A stretch of DNA of 64,000 nucleotides from contig CAJFCJ010000002.1 of NCBI GenBank assembly GCA_904063045.1, positions 4,087,891-4,151,890 of the forward strand. The letters are read 5' to 3'. The stretch's first letter is position 1. Each line of letters starts with the position of its first letter. The position numbers were made by a program, and so were the translations under genes. Below, piece after piece: positions 1 to 11,135 of this stretch. Source of the stretch: Dimorphilus gyrociliatus (Eukaryota > Animalia > Annelida). The notes below the pieces were generated by a model. That model did no database searches. It had not been told where the DNA came from and saw nothing but the letters and a program-made list of their open reading frames with translations.

Positions 1-798
1 CAATGCATTGATTCTCGACGATCATTTTTGGAACCAGAGTTAAGAGAACTGATTAGAAGCTACCAACCTGATAAGGCTCGAGGAATTGGGGATCTTTTAT
101 ACAAATTTTTTTTGGAGGATTGCAAAGCTGAAGGCAAACCTTTCAATTTTGATCTTTTCTTTATTACTGTTGGTGACCTATTTGCTGCTAGTTTTGCAAC
201 AACGTCTGAAACCATATATTCATTCATTCTGGTATTATGCAATAGAAAAGAAATTAAACAAAAGATTCAAAAGGAGGTTGATGAAGTACTTGGGACAAGA
301 ATACCGACACTTGCAGATAAGGAGACTATGCCCTATCTTTCAGCATGTATTTTGGAATTGCTGAGATTCATAAGCCACGTTCCCATTCTTATTCCCCACA
401 GAGCTGTAGAAGACACAAAACTTGGCTCCTATGACATCCCGAAAGATACCCACATATACATTAACAATTTTACATACAGCCACTCAGAAAAGATATGGGA
501 TGATCCCTGGAATTTTATACCAGAGAGATTTCTTTCCGAAAATGGAGATATCATTCCAGCGAATCATCCGAACAGAACGAAATTTTTCCCATTTAGTTCA
601 GGAAAGAGACACTGTCCTGGAGAAGTTTTAGCTAAAAATAGGATATTTTTATTATTCTGTTGGCTTGTACAAAGTTATAATTTTGAATTTGCCGAAGGAT
701 TCGAAATTACTGATGATCCTAGAATTCGAGAATATGGCGTTATATTATCAAGTCGTCCGTTCAAAGTTGTAACAACGAAGAGACAATCTTCTAAATAA
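1..798 (+). CDS. Cytochrome P450, clan 2 (CYP1/CYP17-like), 3' portion; 5' end lies outside the window
   Basis: Frame open from base 1. I-helix GDLFAASFATT, ExxR (ELLR), PERF and heme motif FSSGKRHCPG are all present. Confidence 0.93.
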   Translation, partial: QCIDSRRSFLEPELRELIRSYQPDKARGIGDLLYKFFLEDCKAEGKPFNFDLFFITVGDLFAASFATTSETIYSFILVLCNRKEIKQKIQKEVDEVLGTRIPTLADKETMPYLSACILELLRFISHVPILIPHRAVEDTKLGSYDIPKDTHIYINNFTYSHSEKIWDDPWNFIPERFLSENGDIIPANHPNRTKFFPFSSGKRHCPGEVLAKNRIFLLFCWLVQSYNFEFAEGFEITDDPRIREYGVILSSRPFKVVTTKRQSSK

Positions 799-1361
799 TA
801 CGTTGATTCACTGAGCACCTAAATATTAAAACCAGTTTTTTAGATTCACCTTTCAGATGTTCATATTTTAAATTCAACACGATTTAGAGCAAAAGAACCT
901 TGGTTAAGATTAAATTAGAATCCAGAGATAAGTCCATTAATGCTATCTCTTTAAATTCGGAATTACTAACTTGCAGACAAAACAAGCATGATTGTGCGAA
1001 AGTTATCAATAAGTGTTTTATTGATTTGGCGCTGTTCCTTCAACAGTCGATTATTCGAACTTTACAAAGCTTTAATCATAAAATAATACTTTTTATCTTC
1101 TTCAGTTTATTTTTGTTATGACCTTCGATTATTATTTAGAACATTCAGATGTAGGAGGCAACTATTTTGGACAGTGTAATTTTTGTCCAGCTATTAGATA
1201 AAAAAGATGACGAAATCGAAGAGATTTAACAAAATTATAGATAAGATCTAGAAAAATTTATTTCTGTAGCCTTCAAAGAGGGACAGTTTTAATTCCTAGG
1301 TCTTGTGAAATTGCCTAAATCCATTTTAATTGGACTGTAAGCAACTTGCCAGCTTATAGCA

Positions 1362-2705
1362 CAATACGCATAAATTTTGGAACACCCTAAATTTTGATAG
1401 GCCAAATTTAAAATAACGGTCAAAAATGTTTTTTCCCACGAAAATAGTTTTTTTTGTCTAAATTTATATAGATAAAGAGTAATATTTACGTAATATTGAA
1501 AAAAAAATGGAGAAAATGATGATATTGGGAATATTATTAGCAAAATATTTTTCGTAATTTTCATCAATTTTTTCTTTATTTGGCCACGTTTCATAATTAT
1601 TGGAACAGACACTGGATATCCGGTTTGGCATTAAAAAAAACATTGTAAACTAAAATTTCTTGACTTATTCAATTCTCCAAGTTAAGTTTATCTATTATTG
1701 TCAATTTTAATTGTATTAGTTGATTTTTATTGTATTTATTTAACTATGACGTGGAGTAAAGACATTTGGGATCTTGTACTAATGAAATATAAGGAAATAG
1801 GAAAATTAAGAGCAACAGCAAGGGTTTTGGGGATGGTACCATCATCAGTTAGCAATATTCTACGATACAATCCACTAGAATAGGAGAATAGGGGTCATCC
1901 AAAGAGACTTACAGAGAGAGAGACATTGGCAGGATGAAAAGAATAATAAGGAAATTGAAAATAAATAAGGAAACGGTGATAGCAGGAAAAATTTTACAGG
2001 AATTAGAAGTAGATGTAAGCATAGCAACAATTCAGAGGTAGCTGAAAAGACAAAATTTCAAGTATGAACGAGTGAGACAAAGATCTGACCTCACATCCAA
2101 CAATTGCGAAAGAAGAAAAATGTATTGCCTTAAAATGATCAGCGATAATCTAGACTGGTCTAAAGTAATTTGATTAATGAATGGCATCCACCCTCTTGAT
2201 TGGCCAGCAAAGAGCCCTGACCTCAGCCCAATTGAGAATATGTGGCATCTCACCAAAAAACTTGTTTATGATGGTCCACAGTTCGAATCTGAGGAGGAAT
2301 TATGGAAGAAAATCCAAAAGTGTTCTTACGAGGTTGTAAAAAGGCAACCAGACTTGTTACCAAATTTGTACAGGGGAATGGGGCGTAGAGTCAGCAAGTG
2401 TTTAGAAAAAGAGGGTGGTTACATTGAAAAATAGAAAAAATATGAACATTAAACACCCTGTTCCAATTATTATATGGCGCGGCCGATTAAGAAAAAAAAT
2501 CAATAAAACAATACATAATATAAAACCAAAAAAATAATATAAAAACTTACTTAAATTCTATTTAGAAGATATTCCTTTATATATCTAGATTTAATCTAAT
2601 ATTTAAGACAGAAAGAATAAAAAAAAAAATCTTTTTTCCTTGTGAAAAAGATTTTTAATGTTCGGCCTATCAAAATTTATGGTGTTCCAATTTTTATGCG
2701 GACTA
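1362..2705 (+). mobile_element. Degenerate, internally deleted Tc1/mariner DNA transposon with long IR/DR-type terminal inverted repeats
   Basis: Left cgcataaattttggaacaccctaaattttgataggcc (1367-1403) matches the reverse complement of 2664-2700. Inner repeats at 1592-1608 and 2458-2476. HTH-like N-terminus from ~1747 (MTWSKDIWDLVL...). C-terminal WPAKSPDLSPIENMW. Stops and frameshifts are present. Confidence 0.9.
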
Positions 2706-2899
2706 CTTATATCTATATATATAAATTTATATAGTATATATTAGTATAAAGGTATAAACGATACTATTGAGACATGTGACTAACTTTGTTTTTTTTTTAG
2801 TTCTTTTGAGGTAACAGTTCTCAATCAATTGAAAACAGTATAAACACATCTTGAATAATATTTAGAGGGATAGTTAAACAATTTATCATCAGTCTATAA

Positions 2900-3586
2900 A
2901 TGATGGAAAACAATAATTTTGAACAGTTTTTAAGTAAATATGAGCAAGGTGATTATGTTATTTCTCACACTAAGGGATTAACTAAATGAAACTAATAGTA
3001 ATTATTTTCATTCTATTACAATTAATATTATTATTTGCGTATAGAATTGAGGAAAACAGAAGAAGTTGATTATTCGTTATTAAAAGTGTTTTTTGGGATG
3101 ATTATCCTTCTTCCATTACTCGTTTTTATTATACTAACAATTGCTATTCATATTGATAGCATTAGTTTATGTTCATCATTATTTAGGAAACATGAAGAAG
3201 GTATAGAATTAGATGATTCCAGATATACTCCTTCTAGAATTGTACCTAAATGCAATAAACGTCTTAAAATGGTTGATTTTAGTACTATAATTGAAGAACG
3301 AACTTATCACGGTGAAGACCCGATCAATATCAGTTCTATATCTAGAATAACATCTATAGGCCAAGAAAAGTTTCCTACTGTCGGATGCAGACGACTTTCA
3401 GAATCTGCCGAAGAATCTCCATGTGCCTCTACACCTGTTGAAAGTAGATATAGAGCTGAACGATTAAATTCAACTTATCAAGATTTAACCGGTATTAAAG
3501 TCGACAATAACTATAATGAAGTTTTCTCCAGAAGAAGAAGCGAATTTTCAGTTAACAGCCATCTTTCTTACGATACTGAATGTTAA
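2900..3586 (+). CDS. Orphan single-pass membrane protein (~196 aa); exons 2900-2948 and 3045-3586
   Basis: ATG 2900 and a phase-1 GT-AG intron (2949-3044) join MMENNNFEQFLSKYEQ-E-LRKTEEV. One hydrophobic helix (LLKVFFGMIILLPLLVFIILTIAI) and a Ser-rich tail with RRLS/RRRS motifs. Confidence 0.6.
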
Positions 3587-4670
3587 TTAATATTGTGCTT
3601 CTTTTCAAAAGTATTTATTTTTCCAGTGTTTTTTCATTCTCTTTCAATCTTCGAGTTTCTCTTTTTTTGGGAACTTTTAATATTCGTTTCCTTTTTATCC
3701 CAAATTAATTTTCTATCTTTTATTAATAAAATAAAAATAAAACAAAAAGGACAAACAAAAAAATCAGCCACAATAATTCATATACTGTACATATAAACTT
3801 CATAGAGGAAATAGAACTTTAAACTTTTATACCAGTTTTTATAGTAGTAATATTTCGCCAAGAATAAATTTTTACAACATTTTTATTTTATCATGGAACA
3901 TTATACTATTATTAAGCACTATCTACTATAGTATATTGATATATTCTAAAAAAAACCATCAATACTTACTATAAATAATCATAAGAGAGTTTTCATTGAA
4001 TGTGGGCTCTGCAATACGAAAACATGTTTTTTAGCTTTTCAAAACCGTACAAATTAGATGATCAATAGAATTTAAAACTGTTCATAATACTCAAATAATG
4101 CATTAGAAAATAAAAATAAGAACTAATACTTAGTTAATAATATATATAGATATATATTACTATTATTAATATATGTGCATCTATAGTTATATACTATTTA
4201 ACTGCTTTTTTCCTTTTTTATCAGTCAATCGATAAAATAGAGGCGTGCTCCGAATTTCATTAATAATTGGTTATTGCGTAATTGATAAATTTTGAACAAA
4301 CATTCCAATTACAAATTTCATACTTTATAGAGAGTCTTTATAACTGTAAAGTATAGTTTTATTTTTATTATACAAAGCCTTTAAACATTTATAAATATAG
4401 CAGAATTGCATTCTAAGAACAAAGATTATGATAAAACTTGGGCTATAATTTTAAAACTGAAGCTAACTAATGTTTATATTAGTAGTAAAATTCTAGTAAT
4501 ATTGAAACAAGGAACATTTAAAGCTATGAATAATATCTACCAGTTTTCTACTGTTAGATTACACAATCTTGTTCCTAAAATAGATCTATGAAGATTGTAT
4601 AAAAGAGTGTGTTAATAGTCATTCCACTATCAACCTTTAAAACAGTCGGGCTAGATTGAACTGATAAAAT

Positions 4671-5304
4671 ATGAATGAAAGGAGAAAAATATTAATTGTT
4701 GGAGACGGTGAATGCGGAAAAACGTCTATACTAAGCATGTTCTCACAGAAAGGCTTTCCACAAGCTTATATTCCAACAATATTTGAGAATTATATTAGCC
4801 AAGTCAAAGTTAAAAATCGAACGGTAATGTGATTCTTTAAAAATATGTTATTAACCTTTGTTATAAGTTTTACATTGTTTTCAGGTTGAATTGGTAATTT
4901 GGGACAGTGCCGGGCAGGAAGATTTCGATCGCCTTCGAAGCCTCTGCTATCCAGACACCGATGTCATTCTCTTATGCTATTCCATTAACAATCCAGATTC
5001 ATTTGTTAATATCACTGACAAATGGTTACCTGAAATACGAAGTCACTGTCCAAGATCTCCTATTATACTAATTGCCAATAAGATTGACTTAAGAGTTAAA
5101 GAAAATCCTGAGCAAGAACAAACATCATCTAAAGTGAAATTTGTAACGTCACTTCAAGGGGAATCATTGGCAAAGAGGATAGACGCACATACGTATCTTG
5201 AATGTTCTGCATTAGAATATATTGGCATAGATAAAATATTTCAAGAAGCTGCCGAAGCTGTCTTAAAAACTAAGAAACATAAGCATATATGTAATATATT
5301 ATAA
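4671..5304 (+). CDS. Divergent Rho-family small GTPase; exons 4671-4823 and 4885-5304
   Basis: GDGECGKT P-loop, YIPTIFENY effector loop, WDSAGQEDFDRLR, NKID, ECSAL and C-terminal CAAX (CNIL). Clean phase-0 intron. Confidence 0.92.
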
Positions 5305-6126
5305 TTTATTAATCACGTACAGTTGTAAGATTTAAAATATTATATTTCAACATCAAATAAAGATTGATAGAAATTCCAATAACCATTATTTCCATTGTCT
5401 ATTATTACATGAAAAAGCGTGATTATAGAGTTAATCTTATTGTGTTTCAAGGGGGTAATTAATAGATTACAGAAAAAGTTGATTATGATAGAATATTTCC
5501 ATAAAGTATAGTCTGAAAAACAAGAATAGAGACATTTATCATGAAATAACGATTAATATATATCTTGTAATAAAATCGTGAATGATTTTTAAATATATTT
5601 GAATATTTCTAATGAACTGCTTATCGGAAATTCTATGATATCTATGCATGAAACACTAGAATAATAAACTATAGAAAAAATGAGCTGTTATTCATTAATC
5701 TCAATGGGAAATAATTAAAAATGACGGTACATGAAAAAATTTGCGTACAAAGATTAAAATAGATATGATTTTATTAACTTGAATAGTTTTAATTAGCAAA
5801 CACATGCGAAATAATTCGAGAATTATTTTTGTCATTAACTAACTTATAGAGGGAAATTATTTTTAATAAAATTCTTTAAGACAACTCTTGAACATTTAGA
5901 TAAAATTTTTTAAAGACCACTTGTAAAATAGGAACAAATATAAACTTTTATGCTGCAGCTACTTAAAACAAATGTTACACTTATTCAGTCATAGTCTAAA
6001 TTTAGTCATATTCCAACCATTGAGGCCACACCTGCAAAAAATCTATTTAAATAATAATGATAGCTATCTTTTTTATGTACAACATAATTGAATTGAACAA
6101 CATATGCACACGTTTTCTAGTCCGCA

Positions 6127-6134
6127 TATATAAA
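6127..6134 (+). promoter_or_regulatory. Candidate TATA box of the SGDD polyprotein gene
   Basis: TATATAAA about 90 bp upstream of ATG 6218, flanked by C/G-containing sequence. TATA-like strings are common in AT-rich DNA. Confidence 0.4.
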
Positions 6135-6217
6135 CGCTTCTTTTGGCATTTCAACTTGCTTACAACGCACAACGGAATTAGATTTCTCTTCGTTATTCGA
6201 AATTGCGAAGTGAAAAA

Positions 6218-7303
6218 ATGAATTTCAAACTGTTAGGAGCTATTGCTGTTTTATCTGTCTTCATGATCAATCAGGTTAATTTTTCAATTTTATATTCAAT
6301 ATTTTTAATAATATTGCTAATAGTTACTATATTTATTTACAAATAAGTCTTTTCATATTATATTAAACATTCAATTTTTCTTGGTGTCTTGTTTTAGATT
6401 GTCAAAGTTGAATCGGCAGCAATCTTAGATAAAATTGAGGAAAGACAGTTGACAGAACTTGAAAAAAGACACATCAGCGGCGATGGTAGCGTAGACGATA
6501 GCGGAGACGATAGTGGTGATGATAGTGGTGATGACAGTGGTGATGATGAAGAAAAGAGAGACATCAGTGGAGATGATAGCGGAGACGATAGCGGAGACGA
6601 CAGTGGTGATGATAGTGGTGATGACAGTGGTGATGATGAAGAAAAGAGAGACATCAGTGGAGATGATAGCGGAGACGATAGCGGAGACGACAGTGGTGAT
6701 GATAGTGGTGATGACAGTGGTGATGATGAAGAAAAGAGACACATCAGTGGAGATGATAGCGGAGACGATAGTGGTGATGATAGTGGTGATGACAGTGGTG
6801 ATGATGAAGAAAAGAGAGACATCAGTGGAGATGATAGCGGAGACGATAGCGGAGACGACAGTGGTGATGATAGTGGTGATGACAGTGGTGATGATGAAGA
6901 AAAGAGACACATCAGTGGAGATGATAGCGGAGATGATAGTGGTGATGATAGTGGTGATGATAGTGGTGATGATGAAGAAAAGAGAGACATCAGTGGAGAT
7001 GATAGCGGAGACGATAGCGGAGACGATAGCGGTGATGATAGTGGTGATGATGAAGAAAAGAGAGACATCAGTGGAGATGATAGCGGAGACGATAGCGGAG
7101 ACGATAGCGGTGATGATAGTGGTGATGACAGTGGTGATGATGAAGAAAAGAGACACATCAGTGGAGATGATAGCGGAGATGATAGTGGTGATGATAGTGG
7201 TGATGATAGTGGTGATGATGAAGAAAAGAGAGACATCAGTGGAGATGATAGCGGAGACGATAGTGGTGATGATAGCGGTGATGATGAAGAAAAGAGACGT
7301 TAG
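6218..7303 (+). CDS. Secreted acidic polyprotein precursor (320 aa): signal peptide, short pro-piece, then ten [H/D]I(SGDD)4-6EEKR units; exons 6218-6274 and 6398-7303
   Basis: Exon 1 encodes MNFKLLGAIAVLSVFMINQ. A phase-0 GT-AG intron (6275-6397) joins IVKVESAAILDKIEERQLTELEKR in frame with the 6449 ORF. Every unit ends in dibasic KR. Confidence 0.85.
6470..7297 (+). repeat. Nested coding tandem repeat: 12-bp SGDD units within 66-90-bp peptide units
   Basis: Unit lengths are 30,30,30,26,30,26,26,30,26,22 aa. Units 2, 3 and 5 are identical over 90 bp; units 6 and 9 are identical over 78 bp. Confidence 0.95.
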
Positions 7304-7952
7304 GAAGAGAAATATATGATTATCAAAACTTAAACATAATACACTTGGAAAATTAATACTGGAAAAATGGTCTGAAAATTGGAATTAAACTGAGATAATT
7401 GGAAAATTTAGATCATAAAATGGATAAATTTTGGGTCTAATTGTTAAATTTACTTTTTTCAAATATACATACTTTTTATCGATTTAGAAAAAAGTAAATG
7501 AAATAAATATCTCAGCATTATGGTAAATACTTGCAAAAATTAGTATTACAAATAAAAGGTTTGTTTGACATTTAGTTAAATATAAAAGTGTAAACTAATA
7601 AAGCTGTCGTCGGTCTTTTACATGATGATGAAAAAACAGTTCCGTTTATTATAATTGAAGTAGAAAACAAATGAAAATTGTACACATTGTATACTAGAAC
7701 AGTATTAAACACGGAACATATTAGATTACTATCAGTCATAATTGAGCTGACTAATTAGAAAGAGATTGTTTTTGTGGAAAGCGGCTGTTCAGGCTGAAAA
7801 ATACATATGCGTAGTGTATTTCTTTTTTGTTTATTCAAAACACTGATGTTGAATGCCAAAAATGATTACATTTCAATATCAATAAATCATGCTAGCTTAA
7901 TTTATTTTAAAAATTATTTTTTCCCGTCATTCTTTAAATTGTTCGATACTCT

Positions 7953-8294
7953 TTAACTCATCGGAAGAGTTTCATCGGACCACTCGAGAATATCCGCAGT
8001 TGAGAATGGCGCTGTTGTATCGCTGTCAACCCTGTCCCTTCTAAAATCATGCAAATGTAGATCATCTAATTTTAACTGTCTCATTTTGGAGACTAATTTT
8101 AATTGACCAACAGTAACAATTAAAAGTAAATTAAATAAAATAATAAAAATAATAGCCGAAGATAGAACGCTAGTTATTAAAATCATTTCAATATTTAACG
8201 TAGTTTTTTTTGTTTTTGGCCTATACGTGTCATAAGTAATAGTTGTAAAATTAGTAGAATTATTTATAGTAATCCAATTAGTATAATTTCTCAT
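7953..8294 (-). CDS. Small orphan single-pass (type III-like) membrane glycoprotein, 113 aa
   Basis: Four N-glycosylation sequons in the first 17 residues (NYT, NNS, NST, NFT), a ~25-residue hydrophobic helix and an acidic tail. No recognised family. Confidence 0.5.
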   Translation of the reverse strand: MRNYTNWITINNSTNFTTITYDTYRPKTKKTTLNIEMILITSVLSSAIIFIILFNLLLIVTVGQLKLVSKMRQLKLDDLHLHDFRRDRVDSDTTAPFSTADILEWSDETLPMS

Positions 8295-8880
8295 TATAAT
8301 TAAAGTATCATTTGTTATTAAGCCATTTAAAAATATTTGCTTTGATATCCTTAACTTGTAAAGTAAGAGCCAAGTGAAACCAATAAATTGTTTAAATCTA
8401 ATAGTAAAATTCTCCCTCCATAACTTATCTCTAATATCTCTTACATTGAAATTAAATTGGAGTTTATGATTTTTGTCGGATTTGCGATGACAGCTTATGT
8501 TAAGCCGAAATAAAAAGATTAAAACGTATTGTTAATCGAATTGTTGAAAGGAATATACCTACATTTCATTAATATTGTTTGTTACATTCGTCTATTGTAA
8601 TTAACATATGAAACAAATTAAAAAGCAAAAGATGAATTTATGTATCTATAGTTACAAGGGAGATAAAATTCTTCAACAATTTAGAATCATTTATAGATAG
8701 AGAGTTATCAATAACGATTGTAATTAGCAATAATAAAAACAATAGTATAAAATATTTCATTAATGTTTCTATTTAACATTATGAAAAAAAAAAACAAACA
8801 TCACCAAATTAATTAATATTAGTTTGTAATTTTAAATGTTGACTACGTTGTTTCATTACGTAACATTTTTTTGCTGTTCT

Positions 8881-10300
8881 TTAACATTTTGATAAATCTC
8901 TCTTTGATAGACATTTGCATTTTCCTATCATGGTATCAACCATTCCTAATAGCCACTTTTGGGCTTGTTTGACTGGAACAACTTTAGCTATCCTCTTTTC
9001 AGATTCGTAATGCCATGCATACAATTCATTTCTATGTCTGTTTCTATTTAAAGCAGTTGAACTAAAAGTACTCCACGGTAAAGTGACTAAAACGTCACAC
9101 TCGGATAGAATTTCCCAATCTAATATTACTTTTTCAGTTGCATCGCAGATATCATTTTTTTCTCCATAAAAAAGATCTAAATGAACAATTGCTCCTTCAA
9201 TATCAAGTATTCGGTCTTTAAATAACTTTTTAGCTTCATCTCTTAAATACTGTGAGTCTGTTGCTACAAATATTTTTGAATTACTATAAATAACATTGGA
9301 GTTTATTTTCTTTTCAAAAAATTCCCAAACTGCTGAAGCTGCCCATAAATTCTCATAATCGAAATCGTTAACTAGTGATTTAGAATCACCGGTTCGGAGA
9401 TGCGCACAAATTAACTTATTACCATTTAACTTCCTAAAAAATTCGTCTTTTTTCCTCTGCATCGAAGGTTGCGGTTTAAATAGAAGGTCGTATATATTAT
9501 ACTGCAAAAAATATAGTTATCTTTGTTATATTAACATAATATTGTAAAGTATTGGAGTTTTATACCTTTAACGGAAGTTGTAAATAATTGAAATTAGTTA
9601 GATCGTCGTCACGAAATCCATGACTTAATAGTAATTGCCTGAATTGTTGCTGAACGCTAAAATATTTCAAATAGCCAAATTGACCAGTTTTAAATGAGAC
9701 TATTTGAATAGAATCGTCAAAGAGATTCGTTAATAATTCATTAAATCGAAAAGGTTCAATATTATCCGGATAAGAGTCCAAGAAATTATGATCTCGTCTC
9801 TCTCCATTTGGTATATCAGTATCCCAGTGTATAAGATTCGATTTTAAATAGCTTGTTAAATTGCATGGTTTGGCAATGTTAACTAATAATTGCCTTTCAC
9901 TAATCAAAGCTAGAAAGTATGCTACTAATATTCCTTGTAATCTATTTCCCCAACCCCCGCATAAATCAGCTTTTAAACATTCGTATAGTACATATTTTGT
10001 AGAATTATGAACAATAGGCCAATATCTTTTAAATAGAATATTCTTCAAAGCATTATCTTCGATATTTTCATTCCACAAGTCGTCTTTGCTTAAATTTCTC
10101 CTATAAGACGGCCAATTGTAGGCAAGTTCACTTCTCCAAACTTTAATTTCTTTACTATCCTCTTTTATTGTAACTTTGGGCTGAGATATGGCCTCGTTGG
10201 ACAAAATAAATATTGATTTATGAAGTAATAAAACTAAACCAAATATACTGAAGATAATGAGAAGCCGAAAAAATTTCACAAATTTTCTGCCACAAAACAT
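8881..10300 (-). CDS. Type II membrane fucosyltransferase-like enzyme (FUT8/NodZ/GT37/POFUT superfamily), ~451 aa; exons 10300-9566 and 9501-8881
   Basis: N-terminal TM anchor, CGGWGNRL, motif I CAHLRTGD, motif II IFVATDS, motif III DWEILSECDVLVTLPWSTFS. A phase-0 intron joins LPLK-YNIY. Confidence 0.85.
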
Positions 10301-11135
10301 ACCTAGGTAAATTTGATATTCTTTACCTTTTGGATATAATACTTGAGTGCTGTATACCAGTTCAACACTATCAATATAAATCAATCATATTCTATGGCGA
10401 GAAGTAGTTAAATAACCAATCGATTAGTACGTTTACGTCATTATTAAATTTGTTAGTGATGATTATTTATTTAATATCCAACAATTCTTGTTATCGTTAG
10501 AGTAGATACCAAAAGTTTTGAAATATACCGTTTAGGCTATTAGATTACCAACCAGTTTAAAGGTATTAGAATTTATTATTATACTAGTATATCTCTGTAC
10601 TTACCTATTGTCTGCAATTGTATAAATGGGGAATTATATGGTCATCTACAATAAATATTGAAACTGTAAAGTTATAAAAGTCTGACTACGCCACCTATTG
10701 ACGATTTTTATATAAATATTTGCTATATACAAACGTAGAAAATTGTATGTGCAATTATGATAAAGGAACGAAAGAAGTATTTCGTATATATTATTTTCAA
10801 ACTTCTCTTTTTATTATAAAGGAGAAGTTTCCGTGCATAAAGTATCTTGTTTTCAGCACCAGAACAAACAAAACAAACAAAAAAGCGATATTATTATGCA
10901 AAAAAAAGAAAAAATCAAAACATAAAAATGCTTTGACTGCTCTCTAGAACAATTTTTAGAATCTATAACCCTTTTTATAGAATGTTAAAGTGCCAATTAA
11001 TTCTTTTATTCAATATTAACGGGGATATAAAGTTTGAAAATAGTTTCTCTGATATAAAAGCATTTAGTAAAGCTATATACTAACCTAATAGATTGATGTA
11101 CATATGATCAAGATTGTTACTTATAAATTGTTCAT

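Noticed and set aside
6394-7319. Long ORFs on the minus strand (SSPL and IIT repeats) and in the other plus frame (MVM/ET repeats)
   Set aside because: Shadow frames of the SGDD repeat. Only the SGDD frame joins a signal-peptide exon and has ordered KR sites.
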